From Candidatus Babeliales bacterium (GTDB taxonomy: Bacteria; Acidobacteriota; Terriglobia; Terriglobales; Acidobacteriaceae), in assembly GCA_964658255.1 (NCBI GenBank), contig CAZZYO010000006.1:407-64406 (forward strand): a DNA stretch of 64,000 bases, written 5' to 3'. How positions within the stretch are numbered: the stretch's first letter is position 1; each line of letters starts with the position of its first letter. Below the pieces are notes generated by a model, which worked only from the letters and a program-made list of their open reading frames with translations, did not search any database and was not told where the DNA came from. Of this stretch, positions 50,559 to 58,783 are shown in pieces. A program made the translations under genes and the position numbers.

Positions 50559-51038
50559 ATGATTCGTGCCTGGACATACGGAGACGTTCCGGCTATCCAT
50601 GCGATCATCAACGAAGCCGCCGAGGCCTATCGCGGCGTCATCCCGGACGATTGCTGGCACGAGCCCTACATGTCCCGCACAGAATTGATCGCGGAGCTCG
50701 CAGCGGGAGTCGTCTTCTCGGGCTGGGCAGAGGCGAACGCGCTGGTTGGCGTGATGGGGCTGCAGACCGTAAAGGACGCGACGCTGATCCGCCACGCTTA
50801 CGTCCGCTCGACAGACCAGGGCCGCGGCATCGGGGGCGCGCTGCTGAGCGCGCTGTGCGGGAAGAACCATGGCCTCCTGCTGGTGGGCACCTGGGCTGCC
50901 GCAACCTGGGCCATTCGCCTCTACGAGCGGCATGGATTTCAGCTGGTTCCGCTTGACGAAAAAGATCGCCTGCTCGCCACCTACTGGATGATCCCGTTGC
51001 GACAGCGCGAGACCTCTGTGGTACTAAGGAAAGAATGA
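50559..51038 (+). CDS. GNAT-family N-acetyltransferase
   Basis: Acetyl-CoA motif A (QGRGIGGALL), followed by YERHGFQLV. Its stop overlaps the pheT start (ATGA). Confidence 0.75.
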   Translation: MIRAWTYGDVPAIHAIINEAAEAYRGVIPDDCWHEPYMSRTELIAELAAGVVFSGWAEANALVGVMGLQTVKDATLIRHAYVRSTDQGRGIGGALLSALCGKNHGLLLVGTWAAATWAIRLYERHGFQLVPLDEKDRLLATYWMIPLRQRETSVVLRKE

Positions 51039-53329
51039 AAGTTCTTACCACCTGGCTCCGCTCCTACCTGCCTGAACTGCCCGTCTCGGACGCGCAGCTT
51101 GCCGAAGACCTGACCCTGCGCGGCATCGCAGTCGACGGCATCTTTGACCTCACGCCGCAGCACGGCGCGGGGGCCGGGTCGCTCTTCGAGATGGACATCA
51201 CTACCAACCGCGTCGATGCGATGAACCACTACGGCATCGCTCGGGAGGCGGCGACGATCTACGGCCTGGCGCTCCGGCCGCTTGAAACCTCATTGCCGGA
51301 AGCAAGGCCGACGCCAGCAGCGGCGACGCCGTTCCCGGTCCGGGTCGACGACGACGCACGCGCGCTCTGTGGGCGGTTTACGGCGCGGGTGCTGCGGGGG
51401 ATTGCGATCGGGCCTTCGACCGGCATGGTCGCCGAGCACTTTCGGCTGCTGGAGCAGAAGCTGATCTCAAACGCAGTCGACGCGACCAATTACGTGACCC
51501 AGGCCATCGGGCAGCCGACCCATGCCTTCGATCTCGACACGCTCCGGGGTGGGATTGTCGTCCGCCGCGCGCGCACGGGAGAAAGACTCCGCACCCTGGA
51601 CGGCGTCGACCGCACGCTCGACCCCGACGACCTGGTCATCGCCGACGAAGAAAAGGCGCTGAGCCTCGCTGGTGTGATGGGCGGTTGGGACTCGATGATC
51701 ACCCCGGCGACGCGCAACGTGCTTGTCGAAGCCGCCTGGTTCGACCCCGCGACGATCCGCCGCAGCTCGAAGCGCCACGGCCTCCACACCGACGCCTCGC
51801 ACCGGTTTGAGCGCGGCGCCGACTTCAACGCCGCGCCGATCGCCTCGGCCCTGGTCTCCCGCATACTGCTCGAGTCCGGCGGCCACATCGAAAACTACAC
51901 GGGCGGCGACCTGATCGACATCATCCAGGCCGAGGCCGAGCGCCGCACCGCCAGCCGCCCTGCCATCTCGCTCGCACTCTGCGAGGTTCACCGCATCCTT
52001 GGTCCGACCGACTTGCCCGAGGGCATCACCGCGCCCGATGTCAAGGCTATCCTCACTGGGCTCGGCTGCACGCTCAGTTCCGCCCTGGAATCTGTGACGG
52101 TGAAAACTGGAGGCCATCCTGAGCGAAGCGAAGGAGCTGGCATTGATCCTTCTCGCGCGAACGACGAACCGCAGATCCTTCGCCCTGCTCAGCATGACAG
52201 CGCTGTGGACGCGCGCAGCGTGGCTGCTCCATCGCAGGTGGTCACGCTGCCAAGCTGGCGGCTTGACCTCGAGCGAGAAATCGATCTCATCGAAGAGATC
52301 GCCCGCGTCTACGGCTACAACCGCTTCAGGAACACGCTGCCGGCCTTTGCCGGAACGGTGCAGCAACTGCCCCATGCCGCCGCGGAGCGCACCGTGCGAC
52401 GCACACTGCTGGCCTGCGGCTTGAACGAAGCCATCTCGAGCACTTTCTGTTCAGCGACAGACGCAGTTACCTTTACGGCCCAACCCAATGCGGCCGCGGC
52501 CATGGAGAACCCGCTCAGCGAGGAAGCAGGGATGCTGCGCCCGTCGCTGGTGCCCGGCATGCTCACCATGCTGGCGCACAACCTCCATCGCGACGTCGAG
52601 GACATCGCCCTCTTCGAGATGGGTACCGTCTTCACCGCGACCAGCGCAAGCGCCCGCAGCAGTGAACCGGACGCCCGGGCGAACGAGCGGGTGGACGAGC
52701 GCCCGTCGCTCGCGATCGGCATGGCCGGCTCGCTCGGCTTGCACGCCGCGGACTTCTACACCCTCAAAGGCATCTTCGAGCAGGTAGCACATCGCTTTGC
52801 CGGCCGCAGCCTCTACTACGACCGCTTCCCCGCCGACTCCGGCCTGATGCCGGCCTGGCTGCACCCCGGCCGCTCCGCGCGGCTGGTCATCGACGGGTCG
52901 ACCATCGGCTACTTCGGGCAAGTCCACCCGGATCTGGCAGCACGCCGCAAGCTCCGCGCCACGCTCCTGCTTGGCGAGCTGCGGCTGGACCGCCTGTACG
53001 CGCAGGGGCTGCGCCACCCTGTGCCGCGTGAGCTGTCACGCTACCAGCCGGTGCGGCGCGACTTCTCCTTCCTGCTGCCGGACCCCACGCCCTATGCCGA
53101 AGTCGAAGCTGCCATCCACAGCCTCAGCCTTACAAACCTGACCGCTTTCGCCCCAGCCGAGGTGCTGCGCCCGGCGCAAAATCAGCAGGTCCCCACAGGC
53201 CACTTCTCCCTCCTCCTGCGGACCACCTTTCAGTCCACCGAGCGCACCCTGCGCGAGGAGGAGCTGCAGACCTGGTCGCAAAGCATCATCGCCGCTGTTG
53301 AGGGTATAGGCGGTCGTCTGCGTAGCTAA
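51035..53329 (+). CDS. pheT: phenylalanine--tRNA ligase beta subunit
   Basis: B3_4/B5 motifs (LPSWRLDLEREIDLIEEIARVYGYNRF), C-terminal FDX-ACB-like domain, 764 aa. Confidence 0.92.
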   Translation: MKVLTTWLRSYLPELPVSDAQLAEDLTLRGIAVDGIFDLTPQHGAGAGSLFEMDITTNRVDAMNHYGIAREAATIYGLALRPLETSLPEARPTPAAATPFPVRVDDDARALCGRFTARVLRGIAIGPSTGMVAEHFRLLEQKLISNAVDATNYVTQAIGQPTHAFDLDTLRGGIVVRRARTGERLRTLDGVDRTLDPDDLVIADEEKALSLAGVMGGWDSMITPATRNVLVEAAWFDPATIRRSSKRHGLHTDASHRFERGADFNAAPIASALVSRILLESGGHIENYTGGDLIDIIQAEAERRTASRPAISLALCEVHRILGPTDLPEGITAPDVKAILTGLGCTLSSALESVTVKTGGHPERSEGAGIDPSRANDEPQILRPAQHDSAVDARSVAAPSQVVTLPSWRLDLEREIDLIEEIARVYGYNRFRNTLPAFAGTVQQLPHAAAERTVRRTLLACGLNEAISSTFCSATDAVTFTAQPNAAAAMENPLSEEAGMLRPSLVPGMLTMLAHNLHRDVEDIALFEMGTVFTATSASARSSEPDARANERVDERPSLAIGMAGSLGLHAADFYTLKGIFEQVAHRFAGRSLYYDRFPADSGLMPAWLHPGRSARLVIDGSTIGYFGQVHPDLAARRKLRATLLLGELRLDRLYAQGLRHPVPRELSRYQPVRRDFSFLLPDPTPYAEVEAAIHSLSLTNLTAFAPAEVLRPAQNQQVPTGHFSLLLRTTFQSTERTLREEELQTWSQSIIAAVEGIGGRLRS
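52113..52198. repeat. short copy of the same palindromic element, in-frame inside pheT
   Basis: Left arm gccatcctgagcgaagcgaagga (from 52113). Right arm gaaccgcagatccttcgccctgctcagcatgac (ending 52198). It is translated as GHPERSEGAGIDPSRANDEPQILRPAQHD. Confidence 0.5.
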
Positions 53330-53369
53330 GGGTCGCTCCCGGCTTGTTGGCTCTACACTGTCATAGACC

Positions 53370-54584
53370 TTGATACCGCCAGCCAAGCACCGCCTGCGCA
53401 AGTTTCGCCTTAACCATCCCCAGCGCATGGCCGCACTTCTGCTCCTGGCGCTGCTGGCGCAATGCCTGTGGGTGATCGACCACCACACGCTTACGACCGA
53501 GGACTACCGCTACGCGCAGTGCGGCCGCGAAGTGTGGGAACGACCGACGATCCTGGCCGACCTTGTCGGAACACCCAGCCGTAACGCCTACGGCATCCCT
53601 GGCTACTACACGACGTGCGGCAACATCCGGGACGGCATCCTGGCCTACCGCGCTGCCGGCCTGCCGCTTACGCTCGCGCGCTTCTCCGCGGGCGAGTCCT
53701 CCTCCGCAACCACGTGGGAGCTGCGTCACGAGCTCGGCGCGATCCGCTATCTTGTTCTGCTGCCCTTCACCCTTGCCGCGCTCGCGCTCGGTGGCTGCCT
53801 GTGGTGGGTAGCTCGGCGGCTGTACGGCAACCGTGGCGGCTACGTATCGCTCGGCCTCTACTGCTTCGCGCCTCCTGTAGTCGCCGCCGCGACACGCCCC
53901 GGGGCGGAAATGCTTGCGGCCCTGGGACTCTTTGCGTTGGTCTACACAGCTATCGGCGTGTCACACGCCATGCATGGCCCGGCCCGCAAGTGGCGCCCGC
54001 GCATCCTCCTGCTTGCGGTCATCTTTGGCTTTACCGCGGCGGCGCACCTGTCCGCCATGCTCGTAGGGCTGGTGCTTGCGGCCTTGCTGATGGCCTACCT
54101 GGCCGAGGGTCGGCGAGCCTACCTGCCAACGCTCCTGCTGCTTTGGCCAGTGTCCGGGCTGCTGCTGGTCTTTGCCTGCTACGGCTTTCACCCGGAGCCC
54201 TACAGCTACCTGTTCCGCTCGGGCGCGGCCCTGCTCTGGGCTTCAACTGCCGAGGCCCGCATCTTCCTGGCAAAGCCTTCAAATGCGGGGATCAACCTGG
54301 CAGCCGCAATCACGCTGGCGCTGTGGGTGACCAATCGCCGCTCCCGCTACTTCGGCAACACCATCCCGCTTGCCATCGCTGCATTCCTGTTCGTCCTGCA
54401 GACCACCGGTGTCGAGAGCCAGCCCTGGGTGTGGGCTATCCCGTTCCTGCTAGTGTTTGTCGGCGGAGTCTTCGCCGATGTCTTTGAGACGCGGCAGCGC
54501 CGGCTGTTTTTCACGCTCGCAGGTCTCTGCGTTGCTGGACAGGCGGCGCTCTCGGTAATGACCCTGGCTCACGGCTCCCGCTGA
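53370..54584 (+). CDS. polytopic membrane protein, function unknown (possibly GT-C-like)
   Basis: 404-aa ORF with about 9-10 hydrophobic segments. No diagnostic motif recognised. Confidence 0.5.
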   Translation: MIPPAKHRLRKFRLNHPQRMAALLLLALLAQCLWVIDHHTLTTEDYRYAQCGREVWERPTILADLVGTPSRNAYGIPGYYTTCGNIRDGILAYRAAGLPLTLARFSAGESSSATTWELRHELGAIRYLVLLPFTLAALALGGCLWWVARRLYGNRGGYVSLGLYCFAPPVVAAATRPGAEMLAALGLFALVYTAIGVSHAMHGPARKWRPRILLLAVIFGFTAAAHLSAMLVGLVLAALLMAYLAEGRRAYLPTLLLLWPVSGLLLVFACYGFHPEPYSYLFRSGAALLWASTAEARIFLAKPSNAGINLAAAITLALWVTNRRSRYFGNTIPLAIAAFLFVLQTTGVESQPWVWAIPFLLVFVGGVFADVFETRQRRLFFTLAGLCVAGQAALSVMTLAHGSR

Positions 54585-54614
54585 AATTGGCAGCTGTCCG
54601 GGTCTAAGCAGGCG

Positions 54615-54821
54615 CTAAGTAGCGCTCGTAAGCCGGCTGGTCACAGTCGTGTACAGGTTGGAGATGCTGGTGCCCAGCCCGCCCACAGCCGACACGCACC
54701 CAAGCGCAATCAGCGCGGCCACGAGCGCGTACTCAATCAGGTCCTGCCCCGACTCGTCTACGAGAAAGGCTGGGATCGCCTGGCGGTGCAGCTTACATTG
54801 ATTGATGGCGCATGCTCCCAC
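54615..54821 (-). CDS. Flp/Fap-family type IVb pilin (start uncertain)
   Basis: FLVDESGQDLIEYALVAALIALG is the Flp signature (G / xxxIEY). The only nearby in-frame canonical start is the GTG at 54821. The CTG at 54791 is an alternative. Confidence 0.6.
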   Translation of the reverse strand: MGACAINQCKLHRQAIPAFLVDESGQDLIEYALVAALIALGCVSAVGGLGTSISNLYTTVTSRLTSAT

Positions 54822-54972
54822 AGGGCTTTCACCATTACTAGTCCAAGTACAAGTATCAGAGCAGCCAGGCACATGCGGTACGTCACATCGGTAACAGGCA
54901 AGGCCGTCCCTGTGACTCTTCCGTTCCAAAGGCTCCTCAGCAGAGGGCCGGCACGCGTATTCTTGGCGATGC

Positions 54973-56268
54973 ATGTCTACTTCCCGCTCGCACATCGCGA
55001 CCCGCGCTTTGGCAACCATCGGGGCCGCAGGACTGGTACTTTTCGGCTCCCGTACCCTGCTCAACTTCTTTGGTCCCGCCCTCCCCTACTCCATGCCCGA
55101 GCAGGCGACCTTTGCTCTCGACTCCCCTGATTTCCTGCAGTTTCTCTCGCTCGTGACCGGCGGCGCTGTGCGCCACTCGCGTATCACCAGGCTTAAGAAC
55201 GGCCCCTCGTTCTATCCTGAGCAGCTGCATGCCATCCGCCGGGCCCGGCACGCCATCAATCTTGAGTTTTACGAGTTCCAGCGCGGCACCGTTGGCGACG
55301 AGTTCCTCGCGGCCCTGGTAGAACGCGCCCAGGCAGGGGTGGACGTGCGCGTGATTGTCGATGCGTTGGGCAGTTTATCGACGCCGACCTCTTACTTTGC
55401 CCCACTGCAGCAAGCCGGCGGCCAGATGCGCTGGTACCACCCGGTGCGATGGGACACCTGGCAGAAGGCCAACAACCGCACCCATCGCAAGCTCATCGTC
55501 ATTGATGGACAGACCGGCTTTATCGGGGGCGCAGGCGTTGCGGACCGCTGGCTCTACGCTTCACCCCGTGATCCCGCATGGCGCGACACCTTCTTCTGCG
55601 TGGAAGGCGAGGCGGTCGCCGGGCTGATCTCTACCTTCTCCGAGAACTGGCTTGAGGCTTCGGGGGAGATCCTCTCCGGCGCGGCGCAGTTCGCATTTCG
55701 CGCTTTGCCTGATGGCGTACCGAGCTTTGTTGTTGCAAGCACCCCGCACGGTGGCGGGACCCCGGCGCGCATCCTCTTCCAGGCGCTGATCAAGTCTGCT
55801 CGCAAGACCATCCGCATCACCACGCCCTACTTCCTGCCCGACCGCAGCGCCCGACAGGCCCTGACGGAGGCGGTCAAGCATCGGGGCGTCGACGTGCAGA
55901 TCATCACGGCTGGACCGCACATCGACCATCCGACCGTTCGGCGATTGAGCCGGCGCAGCAGTCGCCACCTGCTTGAGGCAGGCGCTGCGATCTACGAGTA
56001 CCAGCCAGCGATGATCCACGCCAAGCTGATGACGATCGACGGGCAGTGGAGTGTTGTGGGCTCAACCAACTTCGATCATCGCTCCTTCGCGCTGAACGAT
56101 GAGGTGAACCTGGCCGTGCTCGACCCTGAGCTCGCTGCGACCATCGAGGCTGACTTTGCCGAGGACCTGGAGCAAAGCCTGAGGCTCTCACCCGCCATGC
56201 TTCGCGAGCGAACTGTGCTTGGCACGGCGACCGCGGCGCTTGATCACGTCATCAAGGATGAGAGCTGA
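54973..56268 (+). CDS. cardiolipin synthase / phospholipase D family protein
   Basis: Two HKD motifs: HRKLIVIDGQTGFIGGAGV and HAKLMTIDGQWSVVGSTNFDHRS. Confidence 0.8.
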   Translation: MSTSRSHIATRALATIGAAGLVLFGSRTLLNFFGPALPYSMPEQATFALDSPDFLQFLSLVTGGAVRHSRITRLKNGPSFYPEQLHAIRRARHAINLEFYEFQRGTVGDEFLAALVERAQAGVDVRVIVDALGSLSTPTSYFAPLQQAGGQMRWYHPVRWDTWQKANNRTHRKLIVIDGQTGFIGGAGVADRWLYASPRDPAWRDTFFCVEGEAVAGLISTFSENWLEASGEILSGAAQFAFRALPDGVPSFVVASTPHGGGTPARILFQALIKSARKTIRITTPYFLPDRSARQALTEAVKHRGVDVQIITAGPHIDHPTVRRLSRRSSRHLLEAGAAIYEYQPAMIHAKLMTIDGQWSVVGSTNFDHRSFALNDEVNLAVLDPELAATIEADFAEDLEQSLRLSPAMLRERTVLGTATAALDHVIKDES

Positions 56269-56356
56269 GAGGTTTGCAGGCAACTCGCCAAGCCAACCCG
56301 GTGGCTGCTACTGTCAACAACACGCAGCGACTGCGCACCTCACCCTGAGAGCCCCT

Positions 56357-57262
56357 ATGCAACGATTCGGTCTATTCTCCGCAGTGCTTCTGATGGCCTC
56401 GTCTCTCGTGGCCCAGTCTCCCCGGCCCAGCATCACCGGCATCTCGCACCTTTGTGTGTATGCCACGGACGCAGCTGCCGCCGAGCACTTCTACACGGTC
56501 GACCTGAAGGCGACCAAGGGAACTGATCCCGAAAACGCGAAGGGCACTCGCTACTACTTCAGCCCGACCCAGTTTGTGGAAGTGCTCCCGCTTCCGGCCG
56601 GTCAGGGCATCAGCCGCATGGACCACGTCGCCTTCAACACGACCGACGCGGCCGGCCTGCGGCAGTACCTCGCCGCGCACCACGCGCCTGCCCTCTCAGA
56701 GCTGCACCAGTCTGGCGGCAGCACCTGGTTTGAGAGCAAGGATCCGGAAGGCAACACGGTCCAGTTCGTCCAGCCGGCCGGGGGCGAGGGGGCGCCGTCA
56801 GCGATCAGCCACCGCATCATCCATATCGGCTACATGGTGCACAGCAAGGCTGCCGAGGACGCCTTCTTCCATGAAGTGCTTGGCTTTCGCCCCTATTGGT
56901 ACGGCGCGAGCAAGCCGGACAAGGTCGACTGGGTCTCGCTACAGGCGCCGAACGGACCGGACTGGCTCGAATACATGCTGGTGGGCGACGGCTCGACGAC
57001 TCCGCTGGCGCGCGTGGATGCGGGCGAACTCGGCGTGCTGAACCACTTTTCGCTGGGCGTCAACAACATGGAGCAGGCCATGACGGTGCTGACGGCGGAG
57101 AACCGTCTGAGCCCGAAGCATAACGGACCGCAGATGGGACTGGACGGCAAGTGGCAGGCGAATCTCTATGACCCGGACGGCACGCGTGTTGAGTTGATGG
57201 AGTTTCAGCCAGTCATGAAGCCGTGCTGCTCAGCGTTCACCGCGGAGAGCCCTACCCAGTAG
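56357..57262 (+). CDS. VOC (glyoxalase/bleomycin-resistance/dioxygenase) family protein, secreted, two domains
   Basis: Start moved to the ATG at 56357, giving the signal peptide MQRFGLFSAVLLMASSLVAQ. Two ISHLCVY/HIGYMV-type VOC repeats. Confidence 0.7.
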   Translation: MQRFGLFSAVLLMASSLVAQSPRPSITGISHLCVYATDAAAAEHFYTVDLKATKGTDPENAKGTRYYFSPTQFVEVLPLPAGQGISRMDHVAFNTTDAAGLRQYLAAHHAPALSELHQSGGSTWFESKDPEGNTVQFVQPAGGEGAPSAISHRIIHIGYMVHSKAAEDAFFHEVLGFRPYWYGASKPDKVDWVSLQAPNGPDWLEYMLVGDGSTTPLARVDAGELGVLNHFSLGVNNMEQAMTVLTAENRLSPKHNGPQMGLDGKWQANLYDPDGTRVELMEFQPVMKPCCSAFTAESPTQ

Positions 57263-57280
57263 CTCCCGCAGCGGGGCACT

Positions 57281-57310
57281 CTGCATGGTGCATCCTGATG
57301 CACCATGCAG
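57281..57310. terminator. perfect 13-bp hairpin without U-tract between convergent genes
   Basis: CTGCATGGTGCATcctgATGCACCATGCAG, read directly. Confidence 0.45.
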
Positions 57311-57355
57311 GGATCCGCGGTGGCCCTTGCTACTGCGCACTAACGGCAGCAGCGC

Positions 57356-58114
57356 TCACCCTTGCAGCGCCGCTGCTCCCACCTTGATCAAAACAAACAG
57401 CACCCACCATCCCAGGACTGCAACTGCCGCCGACGCCCGGCTCACCTTCGCCACGATCGAGCAGCCAAGCACCAGCAGCACAAGCACCCACAACGTAAAC
57501 AGATCGAGCGACGTAGCAAGCGCGATCAGCCACTTGGCCGTATCCGGCGAGAGATAGTAGCCGAGGTTCGAACCAACAGGATTGGAGATCAGGAACGCTC
57601 CGCTGTCTACGCCGGCAAATAGCGCGATCACACCCAGCAGCGATTGAATGGCGAAGGGCAGACTCGCGTACATGTAGACCGCGAAGAGCTGGCCGTAGGT
57701 CGCCGTGCCGCCGAACGCGAAGTTGAGCGTGCCAAGCAGCACCGCGGCCACGATCCCGGTCACCAACAGGATGATGATTGGCGACCCGTAGGCCGTGACC
57801 TCGACAAACTTGCCGGCCATGGCTTTGCCCTGGGCTGCCTGGGCAGGCTGCATCTGCGCAAAGCGCTCTTCCTGTTTCGGCGTCTGCCGCAGGATGGTCT
57901 CGTAGGCTCGGGTCCAGCCCACCTGCTTCTGCACCGTCAACGAGAAAAGCACGCTGACGAGTGTGAGCAGCAGGAAGGCCGGCCACCAGCTCGTGCTGCG
58001 CGTGATGTCCTCGAACAATGCGGTGGGGGAGACAAACGCCGCGGCGATGCGGCCGCCAGGTGAGAGAGCGGGCGCTCCGGTTCCCTCAGTGTGTGACAAC
58101 GATGCCTGCTCCAT
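57356..58114 (-). CDS. Yip1-domain membrane protein
   Basis: 252 aa, five TM-like segments. N-terminal cytoplasmic region then WWPAFLLLTLVSVLF. The family call is by overall pattern. Confidence 0.6.
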   Translation of the reverse strand: MEQASLSHTEGTGAPALSPGGRIAAAFVSPTALFEDITRSTSWWPAFLLLTLVSVLFSLTVQKQVGWTRAYETILRQTPKQEERFAQMQPAQAAQGKAMAGKFVEVTAYGSPIIILLVTGIVAAVLLGTLNFAFGGTATYGQLFAVYMYASLPFAIQSLLGVIALFAGVDSGAFLISNPVGSNLGYYLSPDTAKWLIALATSLDLFTLWVLVLLVLGCSIVAKVSRASAAVAVLGWWVLFVLIKVGAAALQG

Positions 58115-58339
58115 GTGCTTTTTCCTCCTGCGCGCAAGTTCACGGAGGAGTGTAGAGCCGAGCGCTGGCTTTGTCGACCGCTACGCGCGAGGAAAGGGTC
58201 AGGCGCTGCATGCAGCGCCTGACCCCGCGCCGACTTTGGGCCAAATGGCACGCAAGCACCTGACGCCCTGCGATCACACTTCATTGGCACAGGAAGTAGC
58301 TCATGGTCGGAAGCAGATTTTTACCTGCTACAGTACTCA

Positions 58340-58711
58340 TTGCCCTCGGCGCCAGCAGCGCTCTGCCTCCCGTCTCCTACGCCCACGAGCTCAACCAGCG
58401 TAAACACACCGCTCGAGTTTCTCGTAAAGACTCCAGAAGGGGTGGAAGCAACTGAGTATCAGCTCGTTCATCTGCATGAGAAGAGCGATGCCCGCGAATT
58501 TCGCACGATGACTGGCGGCGTCTTCCACTCGTCTGGCGGCGCAAACCGCGACAGGATGGCTTTTGACCAGAAGCTGCTTGCCAAAGCGTGCCTATCTGAT
58601 TACCTTTGCAACCCCGTTGACACCTGGGCAGTATGCCTTTCTGGCTCCTGGCATTTCGGGCCCTACAGCAGGCGGCTCCACTGGAAAGGCCTACACTTTC
58701 CATTTCGTTGA
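58340..58711 (+). CDS. hypothetical protein, possibly the frameshifted body of a secreted protein
   Basis: 123-aa ORF with plausible composition. A good SD+ATG+signal peptide sits at 58303 in a different frame (see findings). Confidence 0.35.
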   Translation: MPSAPAALCLPSPTPTSSTSVNTPLEFLVKTPEGVEATEYQLVHLHEKSDAREFRTMTGGVFHSSGGANRDRMAFDQKLLAKACLSDYLCNPVDTWAVCLSGSWHFGPYSRRLHWKGLHFPFR

Positions 58712-58733
58712 ATAATGATTTGGGCGCGGAACA

Positions 58734-58771
58734 AGGAAAGGGGCGCGGTGTCTCCCGGGCGCCCCTTTCCT
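58734..58771. terminator. 13-bp GC-rich hairpin downstream of gyrA and the convergent ORF
   Basis: AGGAAAGGGGCGC(12-nt loop)GCGCCCCTTTCCT, read directly. There is no clear U-tract. Confidence 0.5.
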
Positions 58772-58783
58772 GGCTAGAGATAC

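Noticed and set aside
50140-50562. 140-aa plus-strand ORF spanning the DUF3644 promoter region and the MITE-like element.
   Set aside because: It reads straight through both inverted-repeat arms (HPEPSEGS...PQILRFAQDD) and has no SD or domain. It is best explained as repeat-derived open frame.
54822-55064. N-terminal 81 aa of the 149-aa track ORF that contains the Flp pilin.
   Set aside because: The Cys/Arg-rich sequence is unlike a pilin leader and overlaps the divergent cardiolipin synthase start region. Flp prepilins are about 50-70 aa.
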